From the NCBI GenBank assembly GCA_007128625.1, contig SKXC01000098.1, forward strand, positions 1 to 51,802: a stretch of 51,802 bases of DNA. Direction: 5' to 3'. Below the pieces are notes generated by a model, which was given only the letters and a program-made list of their open reading frames with translations, was not told where the DNA came from and searched no databases. The position numbers and the translations under genes are program-made. This stretch comes from Syntrophomonadaceae bacterium. GTDB lineage: Bacteria > Bacillota > Dethiobacteria > DTU022. Shown here one piece after another: positions 1 through 9,782 of this stretch; within the stretch, counting starts at the first letter, position 1, and every line of letters starts with the position of its first letter.

Positions 1-516
1 CTGGGTCCGATCACTCTTGGTCGGAGGCAAGATCAGGTGTTTTTGGGCAGAGACCTGGGAAGAGATCGGGATTACAGCGAGGAAATCGCCAAGTCAATTG
101 ACCAGGAAATAAGAAAAACTATTGATAACTGCTACCAGGTGGCCCAGGATATATTGGAAGAAGAAAGATCAAAACTTGAATTAATTGCCCAGGCCCTTCT
201 AGAAAAAGAAACATTAAATTCTGAAGAAGTTAAAGCATTGGTTGAAGGAAGAGAACTGCCTCCGGAGCGTATAGATGAAGATGAAGAAGAAGATGTTTCT
301 GCAGATGTTTCTGAATCGTCTGAGTCTAAGCTGCATGAAACAGAAAATGCAGAGGATCGAACAGAAGTAGAAGAGGAAGCAAAATCTAAAATTGAAACTA
401 CAGAAGATATTGCAGGTGAATTAGGAAAAACTGATACAGCTAAAGAAAAGGAAGATCGCCGGGCATCATTTCAACAGAATGCCGAGAAGAATGAAACACC
501 AAAAGAAGAACACTAA
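1..516 (+). CDS. ftsH: ATP-dependent zinc metalloprotease FtsH, C-terminal fragment (5' end lies outside the window)
   Basis: Frame 1 is open from base 1 ([39 protein letters not shown]...). This matches the conserved C-terminal helices of the FtsH M41 peptidase domain and is followed by an acidic E/D-rich tail. ftsH-coaX-folP/B/K synteny is typical of Firmicutes. Confidence 0.8.
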   Translation: MGPITLGRRQDQVFLGRDLGRDRDYSEEIAKSIDQEIRKTIDNCYQVAQDILEEERSKLELIAQALLEKETLNSEEVKALVEGRELPPERIDEDEEEDVSADVSESSESKLHETENAEDRTEVEEEAKSKIETTEDIAGELGKTDTAKEKEDRRASFQQNAEKNETPKEEH

Positions 517-585
517 AATATTCTAACCTGGAGATAGTTTAAACCCTGCTTCTTTATCCATAGTTATTTATTTCTTAATACATTT

Positions 586-1428
586 TCAACGCTGGGCTGT
601 AATTCTTTCCAAAAAGCGTGCTGCATTTTTGTAAAAAAGGAATTCATAAATGTCTTGAGGCAGGTTGAGTTCCATGATGCGGTTTATACCATTAAGAGGT
701 GGTTCAAGAATAAAAGGATAGTCGCTTCCATAAATAAAACGATCCGGATATTCGAGGATTATGTCCACGATTTCTTCCAGCGGTGGGATAAAGCCCTGGT
801 TTTGAAAGATAAAAGAAGTATCCAGGAATAGACCCTCATATTTATTTAGCAATTGTCGGTATTCTTGAAGGTCATAAAGACCAAGGTGAGGGATAATCAG
901 GTTTAATGAGGGGAAATGGCTTAAGAGTTTTTCAACGTAGCTTATACCCAGGTATTCTGAATCTGATTGAGGGAAGCTGCTGGCATGAATAATGATCCCT
1001 TTTGCACGTTTAACTAAAATTTCGTAGACGGGGAAAAGTTTTTCATCATCCGGCCTGCACTGCTGAACCAGGCAGTGCAATTTTATTCCGGGAAACCGGT
1101 AAAAATCAAGGCACTCGACTGCTACTTTTTGCAGGTCTGGATCGTTTGGATGAACTGCTCCAAAAGGAATAAGCCAGGACTGCCTGGAACATAAAGTGAA
1201 AAGCCACTTATTTAGCCGGCGGGAGAGGCCGGGTTTGTGCGTGTAGGCTAAAGTAAAAGCCTTTTCAATGCTCAGTTTTCTTAAGTTTTGCAACAAAGAT
1301 TCAGTGTTGGTTGGGAAAGGCAATTCCAACTGGTATTGATCATAAAAGAAAGCATAAACAGCCTGCATCATTTTTTCAGGGAAAATATGAATGTGGCTGT
1401 CCCATAAAGGATAGGTTATATTGTCCAA
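586..1428 (-). CDS. metal-dependent amidohydrolase (amidohydrolase-2 / TIM-barrel hydrolase family)
   Basis: 280 aa ORF with an N-terminal DSHIHIF (HxH) metal motif and later H/D residues (IIHASS, IPHLG, GSDYPF), as in PF04909-like hydrolases. Substrate unknown. Confidence 0.55.
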   Translation of the reverse strand: MDNITYPLWDSHIHIFPEKMMQAVYAFFYDQYQLELPFPTNTESLLQNLRKLSIEKAFTLAYTHKPGLSRRLNKWLFTLCSRQSWLIPFGAVHPNDPDLQKVAVECLDFYRFPGIKLHCLVQQCRPDDEKLFPVYEILVKRAKGIIIHASSFPQSDSEYLGISYVEKLLSHFPSLNLIIPHLGLYDLQEYRQLLNKYEGLFLDTSFIFQNQGFIPPLEEIVDIILEYPDRFIYGSDYPFILEPPLNGINRIMELNLPQDIYEFLFYKNAARFLERITAQR

Positions 1429-1517
1429 TGTTTGCAGGGTTAATACATCCTTTCTAAAGCTCTCGTGTTTACCTGCTCAACAACAGTATAACATATCATG
1501 TTTAGAGGTGAATTGTT

Positions 1518-2468
1518 TTGGCTGCTGGATTAACCGATATCGCAGGTATTAAGGTGGGTACGGCTTCTAACCTGGAAGCGGCTACCGGGGTTACTGTAGT
1601 ACTTGTTGAGGAAGGAGCAAGGGCAGCAGTGGAAGTACGCGGTTCAGCCCCGGGTACCAGGGAGACTGATTTGCTCTGTCCAGGACAGCTGGTTGAAAAT
1701 ATCCAGGCTATTGTTCTTGCCGGTGGAAGTGCTTTTGGACTTGATGCTGCTTCCGGTGTTGTCCGCTATCTCGAGGACAATAACAGGGGTTTTCAAGTTG
1801 GTCAGTTCAGTATACCCATCGTTCCGGCAGCTGTATTGTTTGATCTTTTTATTGGTGACGGGAATGTACGTCCAGACAGTGAAATGGGTTACCGGGCCTG
1901 CATTTCAGCTTCTCCTGAAGCAGTTGCTGAAGGTTCGATTGGAGCGGGATGTGGAGCAACAGTGGGTAAAATTCACGGTATGATTAATGCAGTTAAATCA
2001 GGTCAGGGTTCGTCATCTAAGGTTATAGACAATTTGGTGGTAGCTGCGCTTGTGGCTGTAAACGCCTTTGGGGATATCTATGATAATCAGGGCAGATTGT
2101 TGGCAGGTCCGCGTAACCCGGAAACAGGGATAATGGAAAAAACATTAGATCTGCTAATAAATACCGGCAAAAGTGGCTTTTTCGGCAATACTACCCTTGG
2201 TGTAGTGGCGACCAATGCTGATCTTGACAAAGCGGCTTTGAACAAGATATGCCAGTTAGCCCATGATGGTCTGGCTCGATCCATTTGGCCTGTACACACC
2301 ATGTGGGACGGTGACACAATATTTGCTCTTTCCAAAGGTAATTTAAAGGCAGATCTTAACCTGGTCGGACTGATGGCAGCTGAAGCGATGGCAGCTGCTG
2401 TAAGAAGGGCAGTTATTAAGGCGACATCTCTTTGCCAGGTTCCCTCTATAAGTGAACTTGGTTCATGA
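1518..2468 (+). CDS. P1/S58 (DmpA-type) aminopeptidase family protein
   Basis: 316 aa with a TTG start. Contains the motifs GVTVVL, GTRETDLL, AIVLAGGSAFGLDAA and GNTTLGVVATNA (self-processing Thr/Ser nucleophile region), which are characteristic of peptidase family S58. Confidence 0.75.
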   Translation: MAAGLTDIAGIKVGTASNLEAATGVTVVLVEEGARAAVEVRGSAPGTRETDLLCPGQLVENIQAIVLAGGSAFGLDAASGVVRYLEDNNRGFQVGQFSIPIVPAAVLFDLFIGDGNVRPDSEMGYRACISASPEAVAEGSIGAGCGATVGKIHGMINAVKSGQGSSSKVIDNLVVAALVAVNAFGDIYDNQGRLLAGPRNPETGIMEKTLDLLINTGKSGFFGNTTLGVVATNADLDKAALNKICQLAHDGLARSIWPVHTMWDGDTIFALSKGNLKADLNLVGLMAAEAMAAAVRRAVIKATSLCQVPSISELGS

Positions 2469-2694
2469 GAGTTTTAGTTTGTTACCGGCATATAATCGAT
2501 ATGGCTGTGGTTTAATAAAGAGATTTTTGGATTACTAGCAACAGCCTGGAATTAAATATTTAAGACAGCAGAAAAATATGTGAAATTTTTAACACCACTG
2601 CAGGAATCAGAGTTTTTATGTTGAATTATAATATTTATCTGCGCAAAAGTGCAGAATAGAAAAGAATAATTAAAATATCAAGGAGGTTGTAGTA

Positions 2695-4458
2695 ATGCCG
2701 TTAGATCCGACAAAACATGCTGACTGGGAAATTGCTGAAGCTGCTGAAAAGAACATGAAAAAAGTCTACCAGTTGGCCGAGGAACTCAAACTCGATCAAG
2801 AGGAACTCTTGCCTCACGGCCATTATGTGGCCAAAGTAGACTACAAAAAAGTACTGGAAAGAAAAAAAGATGTGCCTGATGGAAAGTACATCGATGTTAC
2901 CGCGATTACTCCCACCCCGCTGGGTGAGGGAAAATCAACAAGCACAATGGGCTTAACCCAGGGAATGGGCAAACTGGGCAAAAATGTTGTAGCCACAATC
3001 CGTCAGCCTTCTGGCGGCCCAACTATGAATGTAAAAGGTTCTGCTGCCGGTGGGGGATTGGCTCAGTGTATTCCATTGACTCCCTTTTCTCTCGGTTTAA
3101 CCGGAGATATCAATGCGATCATGAATGCCCATAACCTGGCCATGGTAGCATTAACCTCCCGTCTTCAGCACGAGTTTAATTCCAGTGATGCCTTCCTGGA
3201 ACGCAGTGGCCTGAAGCGTCTAAATATTGATCCACGAAACGTAGAAATGCATTGGATTATAGATTTTTGTGCCCAGGCTCTTCGTAATATGATTATTGGT
3301 TTAGGCGGCAGGAGAGACGGATTTATGATGAATTCGGGCTTTAATATTGCCGTATCTTCTGAAGTTATGGCCATTCTGGCAGTAGCCAATGATTTGAAAG
3401 ATATGCGTGAACGTATGGGTAAGATCGTGGTCGCATACGATAAAAAAGGCAACCCGGTTACCACTGAAGATCTTGATGTGGCCGGCGCCATGACTGCCTG
3501 GATGGTCGAAGCAATCAACCCCAACCTGATGCAAACCCTTGAAGGTCAGCCGACCTTTGTTCATGCCGGTCCTTTTGCTAATATCGCCATTGGCCAGTCC
3601 TCTATTGTTGCCGACCGTGTTGCCCTTAAACTTGGTGATTATGTAATCACCGAATCCGGGTTTGCTGCTGATATCGGTTTTGAAAAATTCTGGAACCTGA
3701 AATGCCGCATGTCAGGCCTGGTACCGGACTGTGCTGTTCTTGTAGCTACTATCCGGGCCCTCAAGTGCCATGGCGGGGCACCGCTGCCGAAACCCGGCCA
3801 GCCTCTTGATCCGGCTTATGGCCAGGAAAATATTGAGTGGGTGGAAAAAGGCTGTGATAACTTAATCCACCACATTAACACTATTAAAAAAGCCGGAATT
3901 ACCCCGGTAGTTTGTATTAACCACTTTTACACTGATACTGATAATGAAGTTAAAGCCGTTCGCCGCCTGGCTGAAGAAGCAGGAGCTAAAGTGGCACTTT
4001 CCAAGCACTGGCAGTACGGTGGAGACGGAGCAAAGGAATTTGCCGAAGCTGTTGTAGAAGCCTGTGAGGAGCCAAGTGATTTTAAATTCCTTTATGAATT
4101 AGAAACTCCACTGCGGAAGCGTATTGAGCTTATCGCCAGGGAAGTTTATGGAGCAGACGGTGTCGATTATACGCCGGATGCACTGGAAAAAGCAAAGAAA
4201 ATGGAAGCAGATCCTAAGTTTCAGAAAATGGGTACCTGCATGGTTAAAACACACCTTAGCCTCAGTGATGATCCTATGCTCAAAGGGGTCCCGACTGGAT
4301 GGAACCTTAAAGTGCGTGATATTCTCACCTATGGTGGGGCAGACTTTGTAGTCCCGGTTGCCGGTGCAATCTCCTTGATGCCCGGTACTGCAGCCAGCCC
4401 GGCATACCGTAAAGTCGATGTCGATGTTGAAACCGGCAAAGTGGAAGGATTATTCTAA
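2695..4458 (+). CDS. fhs: formate--tetrahydrofolate ligase
   Basis: 587 aa. Has the P-loop-like [16 protein letters not shown], full-length similarity to Fhs, and a strong RBS (AAGGAGG) 8 nt upstream of the ATG. Confidence 0.95.
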   Translation: MPLDPTKHADWEIAEAAEKNMKKVYQLAEELKLDQEELLPHGHYVAKVDYKKVLERKKDVPDGKYIDVTAITPTPLGEGKSTSTMGLTQGMGKLGKNVVATIRQPSGGPTMNVKGSAAGGGLAQCIPLTPFSLGLTGDINAIMNAHNLAMVALTSRLQHEFNSSDAFLERSGLKRLNIDPRNVEMHWIIDFCAQALRNMIIGLGGRRDGFMMNSGFNIAVSSEVMAILAVANDLKDMRERMGKIVVAYDKKGNPVTTEDLDVAGAMTAWMVEAINPNLMQTLEGQPTFVHAGPFANIAIGQSSIVADRVALKLGDYVITESGFAADIGFEKFWNLKCRMSGLVPDCAVLVATIRALKCHGGAPLPKPGQPLDPAYGQENIEWVEKGCDNLIHHINTIKKAGITPVVCINHFYTDTDNEVKAVRRLAEEAGAKVALSKHWQYGGDGAKEFAEAVVEACEEPSDFKFLYELETPLRKRIELIAREVYGADGVDYTPDALEKAKKMEADPKFQKMGTCMVKTHLSLSDDPMLKGVPTGWNLKVRDILTYGGADFVVPVAGAISLMPGTAASPAYRKVDVDVETGKVEGLF

Positions 4459-4512
4459 ACCTTTCCCTGCTTTTTAGCTTTTAGCTTCGAGAATAAAAAT
4501 ATCACAAATAAA

Positions 4513-4563
4513 CAGGACGCCGTCACTCATTTTTCTATAAGTTGATGCGGCGTCTTGTTTGTA
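4513..4563. terminator. hairpin between the convergent fhs and folK genes, a probable shared terminator
   Basis: caGGACGCCG ... CGGCGTCttg inverted repeat (7 perfect bp plus flanks, roughly 25 nt loop) followed by TTGTTTGT on the plus strand. Confidence 0.45.
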
Positions 4564-4627
4564 TATTAATATGATGATATTGGTCAAAAAGAGAGTGCTG
4601 AAGGTATAATATGTCAATAATTATCTA

Positions 4628-5140
4628 TCAGGTAGATGATCGATACCAATTATTATGGCAGTAAAAAATTACAGTATTTGTGTCTTTCCGGTTAGTTATA
4701 ACATCTTTAATGTTTTTATCTTTTCCAGGTAAAAAGAGGTTCGGGGCGATGTCTGAAAGTGGGATTAAAACGAAATCCCTTTCTTCAAGATGTGGATGAG
4801 GCAGCTTGAGGACTGGTGTATTCATTTTTATTCCTTCATAAATCAGAAGGTCCAGATCAATTATTCGAGGACCCCACTTTTCTTTTCTTACTCGTTTCAT
4901 TTTGTCTTCTACAGATAGCATTTTCTGAAGTAATATAACTGGAGTCAAGCAAGTATTAATTGATATACAGGCATTAAGAAATGATTCCTGTTCCGGACCT
5001 CCAACCGGATCCGTCATGTATACATTAGAGCATGATACAAGATCAATATCCGGTTCAGCAAGGAGCAGGTCAAGAGAACCTTTTAAATTGATCAGACGAT
5101 CGCCTAAGTTCGAACCAAGCCCTATATAAGCTTTTTTCAT
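4628..5140 (-). CDS. folK: 2-amino-4-hydroxy-6-hydroxymethyldihydropteridine pyrophosphokinase (HPPK)
   Basis: MKKAYIGLGSNLGDR... is the classic HPPK N-terminus. I prefer the internal ATG at 5140, which lies 2 nt after the folB stop, over the longer 196 aa ORF that overlaps folB. Confidence 0.85.
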   Translation of the reverse strand: MKKAYIGLGSNLGDRLINLKGSLDLLLAEPDIDLVSCSNVYMTDPVGGPEQESFLNACISINTCLTPVILLQKMLSVEDKMKRVRKEKWGPRIIDLDLLIYEGIKMNTPVLKLPHPHLEERDFVLIPLSDIAPNLFLPGKDKNIKDVITNRKDTNTVIFYCHNNWYRSST

Positions 5141-5142
5141 GG

Positions 5143-5502
5143 TTAGTGTTGCTTTCTTCGATTGATTAATACACTGACTCCGCCCTGTACTCCGGGTAAT
5201 GGCGGATTTGGCTTGCAAACCTCAACTGTTGTCTCCTCCACTTTTGGCAAACTCAGTAGTTTATCAGCAATCCTGCAAGCCAGGGTTTCTAGTAACCGGC
5301 ATGGTTTACCCTGCATTATTTCTTCGACAATTTTTACCGCTTGCCGGTAATCTGTGGCCTGATCAATTCGATCATCGTTTAGTCCGGAAAAATCTACGCC
5401 CAATTCTATGCTAACCCGGAATTCCTGTCCTATTTTAATTTCTTCAGGCAAAACTCCATGATAGGCATAGCAAACAATGTCTTCAATGATTATGCGGTTC
5501 AC
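5143..5502 (-). CDS. folB: dihydroneopterin aldolase
   Basis: VNRIIIEDIVCYAYHGVLPEEIKIGQEF... matches the FolB family. The GTG at 5502 is preceded by GGAGGTGA with 7 nt spacing and lies just after the folP stop, so I prefer it to the ATG at 5529. Confidence 0.8.
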   Translation of the reverse strand: MNRIIIEDIVCYAYHGVLPEEIKIGQEFRVSIELGVDFSGLNDDRIDQATDYRQAVKIVEEIMQGKPCRLLETLACRIADKLLSLPKVEETTVEVCKPNPPLPGVQGGVSVLINRRKQH

Positions 5503-5509
5503 AAAATTC

Positions 5510-6334
5510 TCACCTCCGGACCATGGCATCGGTCATGTCGGTTACCCGACGCATTTGCAACACATCATGAACCCGGACAACATCTACACCTTTACTTATC
5601 CCATAAGCAACTGTGGCAGCGGTTCCTTCAATACGTTCTTCTAAAGGCAGGTTAAGGGCTTTACCGATCATAGACTTACGAGAGGTGCCGAGAAGAACAG
5701 GATAGCCCAGGTTACAGAATTGATCCAGATGATACATAACATCCAGATTCTGCTGCAAATCTTTTCCAAAGCCAATGCCGGGATCGATAATAATTTGGTT
5801 GTTTTCTATGCCCAGCTCAAGGGCTATTTCTATCGATTCCTTTAGTTCAGCTATTATATCAAAAATAAGGTTTCTATAAACGGTGTGGTCTCGATTATGC
5901 ATCAAACAAATAGGGATCTTGTGGTCTGCTGCCACCCGGCCAAGTTCTCTGTCTGCTTTTAGGCCCCAAACATCATTAATCATTTCAACTCCGTATTTGA
6001 GGGCTTCTTTTGCCACCTCAGCTTTGTAGGTGTCAATGGAAAGTGGTAATTTAAAGGATCTTTCTTTTTTAAGAGCTTTTATAACAGGGATAACCCTGTT
6101 CAACTCTTCTTCAGATGTAATTGGTTCTGCTCCCGGCCTGGTTGATTCTCCACCAATATCAATAACATCAGCACCTTCATTGGCCATTTTAAAAGCCTGC
6201 TTAAGGGCATTTTCGAGCTGATTAAATCGGCCCCCGTCAGAAAATGAATCGGGTGTTACATTTAGAATACCCATGATCAAAGTTCTTGTACCCAGAAAAA
6301 GAACAGTGTTGCCAATTTTGAGTTCTTTATTCAA
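5510..6334 (-). CDS. folP: dihydropteroate synthase
   Basis: 274 aa. Contains IMGILNVTPDSFSDGG and DIGGESTRPG motifs. The TTG start overlaps the stop of the upstream HD gene (TTGA). Confidence 0.9.
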   Translation of the reverse strand: MNKELKIGNTVLFLGTRTLIMGILNVTPDSFSDGGRFNQLENALKQAFKMANEGADVIDIGGESTRPGAEPITSEEELNRVIPVIKALKKERSFKLPLSIDTYKAEVAKEALKYGVEMINDVWGLKADRELGRVAADHKIPICLMHNRDHTVYRNLIFDIIAELKESIEIALELGIENNQIIIDPGIGFGKDLQQNLDVMYHLDQFCNLGYPVLLGTSRKSMIGKALNLPLEERIEGTAATVAYGISKGVDVVRVHDVLQMRRVTDMTDAMVRR

Positions 6335-6834
6335 TAAACCAATCTCCCTTTATGCGCCTGTCTGTCAGGCTTATTACAGTTATCGCTGGCAGTACATAGA
6401 AAACAAAGACGTGATAAGTTATCTGCCTTACTGAGTGCTTTGCTCAGTGGAGAGCGATGCATTTTCTGATCCAGTTTTTTACGATGCTGAGAAATTGCTT
6501 TTATGATAAGACTACGTTCTGATAAAGTAAACCCCGCTTCTTTTAAAATCGGATCAGCCATTTCGGCGCTGGCTTCAGCATGGTCCTTACCTTCTGTATA
6601 TTCTTGCCAGCGCCCGATGTCGTGAAGCAGACCTGCCCCGTAGGCTATTTCCCGTGAAATATATGGAAAGCCATTTTCAAGCAATAATATATAGGTTAGT
6701 CTTGCAACAGTAAGCAGGTGTTCGAAATTATGACGGCAGTAAATCCGTTTAGCTTCCAGTGCCCCTGTTTGTTGTAAATACCCCTGGTAATCGGGGTTAC
6801 TTATTATTTTATTACATCTTTCCATTGGCAGCAC
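6331..6834 (-). CDS. HD-domain metal-dependent phosphohydrolase of unknown specificity, embedded in the folate operon
   Basis: 167 aa with H...HD signature residues (NFEHLLTV, GLLHDIGRW) and a Cys-rich C-terminus (LCFLCTASDNC). Lies between folE and folP with a 4-nt stop/start overlap. Confidence 0.7.
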   Translation of the reverse strand: MLPMERCNKIISNPDYQGYLQQTGALEAKRIYCRHNFEHLLTVARLTYILLLENGFPYISREIAYGAGLLHDIGRWQEYTEGKDHAEASAEMADPILKEAGFTLSERSLIIKAISQHRKKLDQKMHRSPLSKALSKADNLSRLCFLCTASDNCNKPDRQAHKGRLVY

Positions 6835-6857
6835 CCGTAGTAACTTTTGTTAGCTGT

Positions 6858-7442
6858 TTAAGCTTTTCCCTGTATTAAACTGAAGGCTTCGATGCGTGAG
6901 CTTGGATTGGTCCTGAAAAGACCACGTACTGCAGAAGTAACGGTAATTGCACCTGGTTTGCTTACTCCCCGGATGCTCATGCACAGGTGCTCAGCTTCAA
7001 CAACTACAACAACTCCTTTTGGCTTAAGCTCTTCTGTGATGATATCAGCCACCTTACTGGTTAAGCGTTCCTGCAGTTGTGGGCGTCTTGATATTATTTC
7101 AATTACCCTGACCAGTTTGCTCAAACCTACTATTCTTCCACCCCCGGGAACATATGCAACATGAGCCTTTCCATAAAAAGGCAGTAGGTGGTGCTCACAC
7201 ATTGAATAAAAAGAAACATCTTTAACCAGAACAATTTCATCATGTTCATCTTCCACGAAACAAGTTTGTAAGGCCGACCGCGGATCTTTGTCCAAACCGC
7301 CAAAAAGCTCATTATACATATTAGCTACCCGATCTGGTGTGCCCTGCAAACCCTCCCGTGAAAGGTCCTCACCAATTGCTTCCAAAATCATTTCTACTCC
7401 TCGGGCTATTTTATCATTATCCATATTGATACCGCCTTTCAT
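6858..7442 (-). CDS. folE: GTP cyclohydrolase I
   Basis: 194 aa. Contains the [19 protein letters not shown] zinc/active-site motif. An alternative start is the ATG at 7424. Confidence 0.9.
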   Translation of the reverse strand: MKGGINMDNDKIARGVEMILEAIGEDLSREGLQGTPDRVANMYNELFGGLDKDPRSALQTCFVEDEHDEIVLVKDVSFYSMCEHHLLPFYGKAHVAYVPGGGRIVGLSKLVRVIEIISRRPQLQERLTSKVADIITEELKPKGVVVVVEAEHLCMSIRGVSKPGAITVTSAVRGLFRTNPSSRIEAFSLIQGKA

Positions 7443-8756
7443 CTAGTACTGAATCACACCGGGTAATATAATAAGCAAGCTGTGCAGAAGCGCACAGGAC
7501 AATATGTTTTCTGTACGCAGATAGAGGTATCCAAGTATAGCAGCTGTCGCCGGTGCCAGAATAGCTATCTCCAGGTAAGTATAAGGATAAGCAATCATCC
7601 ATGGCTCTGTGATCAGGATATTAAAATAGCGTGAAACTGCCACCAAAAGGATCATTATAAAAAGTCCCCAATTTGGCCCCAGTCTTCGGCTTAAAACGGT
7701 TTGGATATAACCCCTCCAAATTATCTCTCTGGGCAGTGCAATTAGAATAAATGGTAACAATAAATATATTGGTGTGTCAAAGCTTTCAATATCAAGTCCG
7801 GAGGGCAAACCCCTTGTAGCCATAATAATAAAAGCAGCAGATAAAAGTGCCAGTATATAGCCATGTCTAATCCTGTCACGCCGCAAACCTAGATCCAGGT
7901 AAGCATTTTTATCATACCTTGAATAAATGATCAGGATTATAATGATCAAAGAATAACCGAAAACTGAGTAATTGTCAGGCCAGTTATATAATTCCGGGGT
8001 AATTTCACTGGCAATAAAAAGGGCGGTGACGATAGGTACTAAAAACATGCTTATTAACCCCGGCGGATTTTTAGCTAAATATATCCAATAACGGGAATAT
8101 TGGTAATCTAAAGTAAAAATTGTAATTATTATCAGCATAATCATAGCAAAAAGTATATAAACCAGTGCTGAGCTAAAAATACTGGTCAAATTATATTCAA
8201 CTGCAGGTGGAAGCAGTGGTTTACCTTCCGGCGAGATAAAATAAAAGTAAAGAAAATCATTATAAGGCTGGAAGGTTATAGGTATCTTATCGTTCCAGAC
8301 AGAAGGAAGCCCTTTTTGTTTATCGAAAACATCTGATACCATATTTAGTTGATTTTGGTCTTCAACCGGTATGAATAAATTGTCTCTCCTGATCTTTTCA
8401 AACAAGTCGTTTTCGATAACTATAAAAAAACCGCTTACGGACTCTTCATTGTACCGGTCGTCATTATATTTATAAAGACCTTTTCCAAGCAGCATAATAC
8501 TTCTGTCCCGATCTGTTTCAGCTAATGTGGTAATAATTCCTCCTTCAGGAAAATAAACCTCCAAATCATTAATATCAAAAAACCAGGGTTCAAATTCACA
8601 AACAGAGCTGATTGTATATTCATGGGGTTTGTTTCCCAGAGTACCTGGTGTTAAAGCTGTCAGGATAAAAATAGAAACAACCAGTAATATGGTGATTCCC
8701 AGCAGTATTATTAAAGCGACAAAATAATTCTTGCCGGCTAATTTTTTTAAAAGCAA
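7443..8756 (-). CDS. polytopic membrane protein with a C-terminal CPBP (CAAX-protease-like) intramembrane metalloprotease domain
   Basis: 437 aa. TTG start behind GAGGAGG, an N-terminal signal-anchor, a soluble region of roughly 170 aa, then multiple TM helices with CPBP-like motifs (PREIIWRGY, ALLHSLL). The stop TAG directly abuts the folE ATG. Confidence 0.6.
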   Translation of the reverse strand: MLLKKLAGKNYFVALIILLGITILLVVSIFILTALTPGTLGNKPHEYTISSVCEFEPWFFDINDLEVYFPEGGIITTLAETDRDRSIMLLGKGLYKYNDDRYNEESVSGFFIVIENDLFEKIRRDNLFIPVEDQNQLNMVSDVFDKQKGLPSVWNDKIPITFQPYNDFLYFYFISPEGKPLLPPAVEYNLTSIFSSALVYILFAMIMLIIITIFTLDYQYSRYWIYLAKNPPGLISMFLVPIVTALFIASEITPELYNWPDNYSVFGYSLIIIILIIYSRYDKNAYLDLGLRRDRIRHGYILALLSAAFIIMATRGLPSGLDIESFDTPIYLLLPFILIALPREIIWRGYIQTVLSRRLGPNWGLFIMILLVAVSRYFNILITEPWMIAYPYTYLEIAILAPATAAILGYLYLRTENILSCALLHSLLIILPGVIQY

Positions 8757-8961
8757 AACTGTTCCTCCTCAGTTTTTTCTGGATGTAAAATTCCATACAT
8801 ACTTCGACGGAATAGGTGATTTTCCTTTAATGCACATAGCCGGTTTAAATGGTTCTTGAGCTTAAACGGCGCTGTTGTTTTCTTTTCAAAGCTGGCTTGA
8901 TCTGCTATAGTGTAGGTGCTTATTCTACTGTGATTAAAATATAATAAACCGGGGTGAAAGG

Positions 8962-9726
8962 ATGTTCTTAGCTATTGATGTCGGAAATACACATATTATG
9001 CTTGGTATCTACCGGGATAAAGATATTATTGTTTACTGGCGTCTTCCCACCAGGGAAGACAGCACCGAAGATGAACTGGGTATGTTTGTTAAAAATCTTC
9101 TTCATAACAGCCGGCTCCGCTTGAAAGATATCGATGCTATCGCCATTTCTTCCGTGGTTCCTCCTTTGATGTACTCTCTTGAAAGAATGTCAACAAAATA
9201 CTTTAAGGTTGATCCCCTTATAATCGGCCCGGGGATCAAGACTGGTTTAAATATTGTAACAGATAATCCCCGTGAAGTGGGAGCCGATCGAATCGTAAAT
9301 GCTGTTGCTGCATATAACATGTACGGAGGACCACTAATAATTGTTGATTTTGGAACAGCAACAACATTTTGTGCTGTGTCAGAATTAGGTGATTACCTGG
9401 GCGGTGTAATTGCCCCCGGCATCGGAATATCTTTAGAAGCATTGTTTGAAAGAGCAGCTAAATTGCCCCGGGTGGAAATAATCAGACCTGATCGGGTTAT
9501 TGGTAAAGACACTATTTCCAGCATGCAGTCGGGGATAATCTTCGGTTTTGTTGGCCAGGTTGATGGTATTGTTCGCAGAATGTGGAAAGAGTTCAATACT
9601 AATCCAATGGTTATTGCCACAGGTGGTTTTGCCGCCCTGATTGCCCGTGAGTCTGAAACGATTAAAGAGGTTAATCCACTATTGACTCTCGAGGGCCTGC
9701 GAATTATTAGCAATATGAACTTATAA
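8962..9726 (+). CDS. coaX: type III pantothenate kinase
   Basis: [28 protein letters not shown] and DFGTATTF are ASKHA-fold motifs typical of CoaX. Confidence 0.9.
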   Translation: MFLAIDVGNTHIMLGIYRDKDIIVYWRLPTREDSTEDELGMFVKNLLHNSRLRLKDIDAIAISSVVPPLMYSLERMSTKYFKVDPLIIGPGIKTGLNIVTDNPREVGADRIVNAVAAYNMYGGPLIIVDFGTATTFCAVSELGDYLGGVIAPGIGISLEALFERAAKLPRVEIIRPDRVIGKDTISSMQSGIIFGFVGQVDGIVRRMWKEFNTNPMVIATGGFAALIARESETIKEVNPLLTLEGLRIISNMNL

Positions 9727-9782
9727 AAAGATAAATTAAGATGATTCTACTTTGTTTCAGCAAATTAATGGAGGTGGCAGGG

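Noticed and set aside
2469-2694. A possible THF riboswitch upstream of fhs, and likewise upstream of the fol operon at 8757-8961
   Set aside because: I could not find the conserved THF-I core elements I remember (GAGUAG, GGGAUG, UGCAUCCGC-like segments). Only short generic hairpins are present. A covariance-model scan would be needed to be certain.
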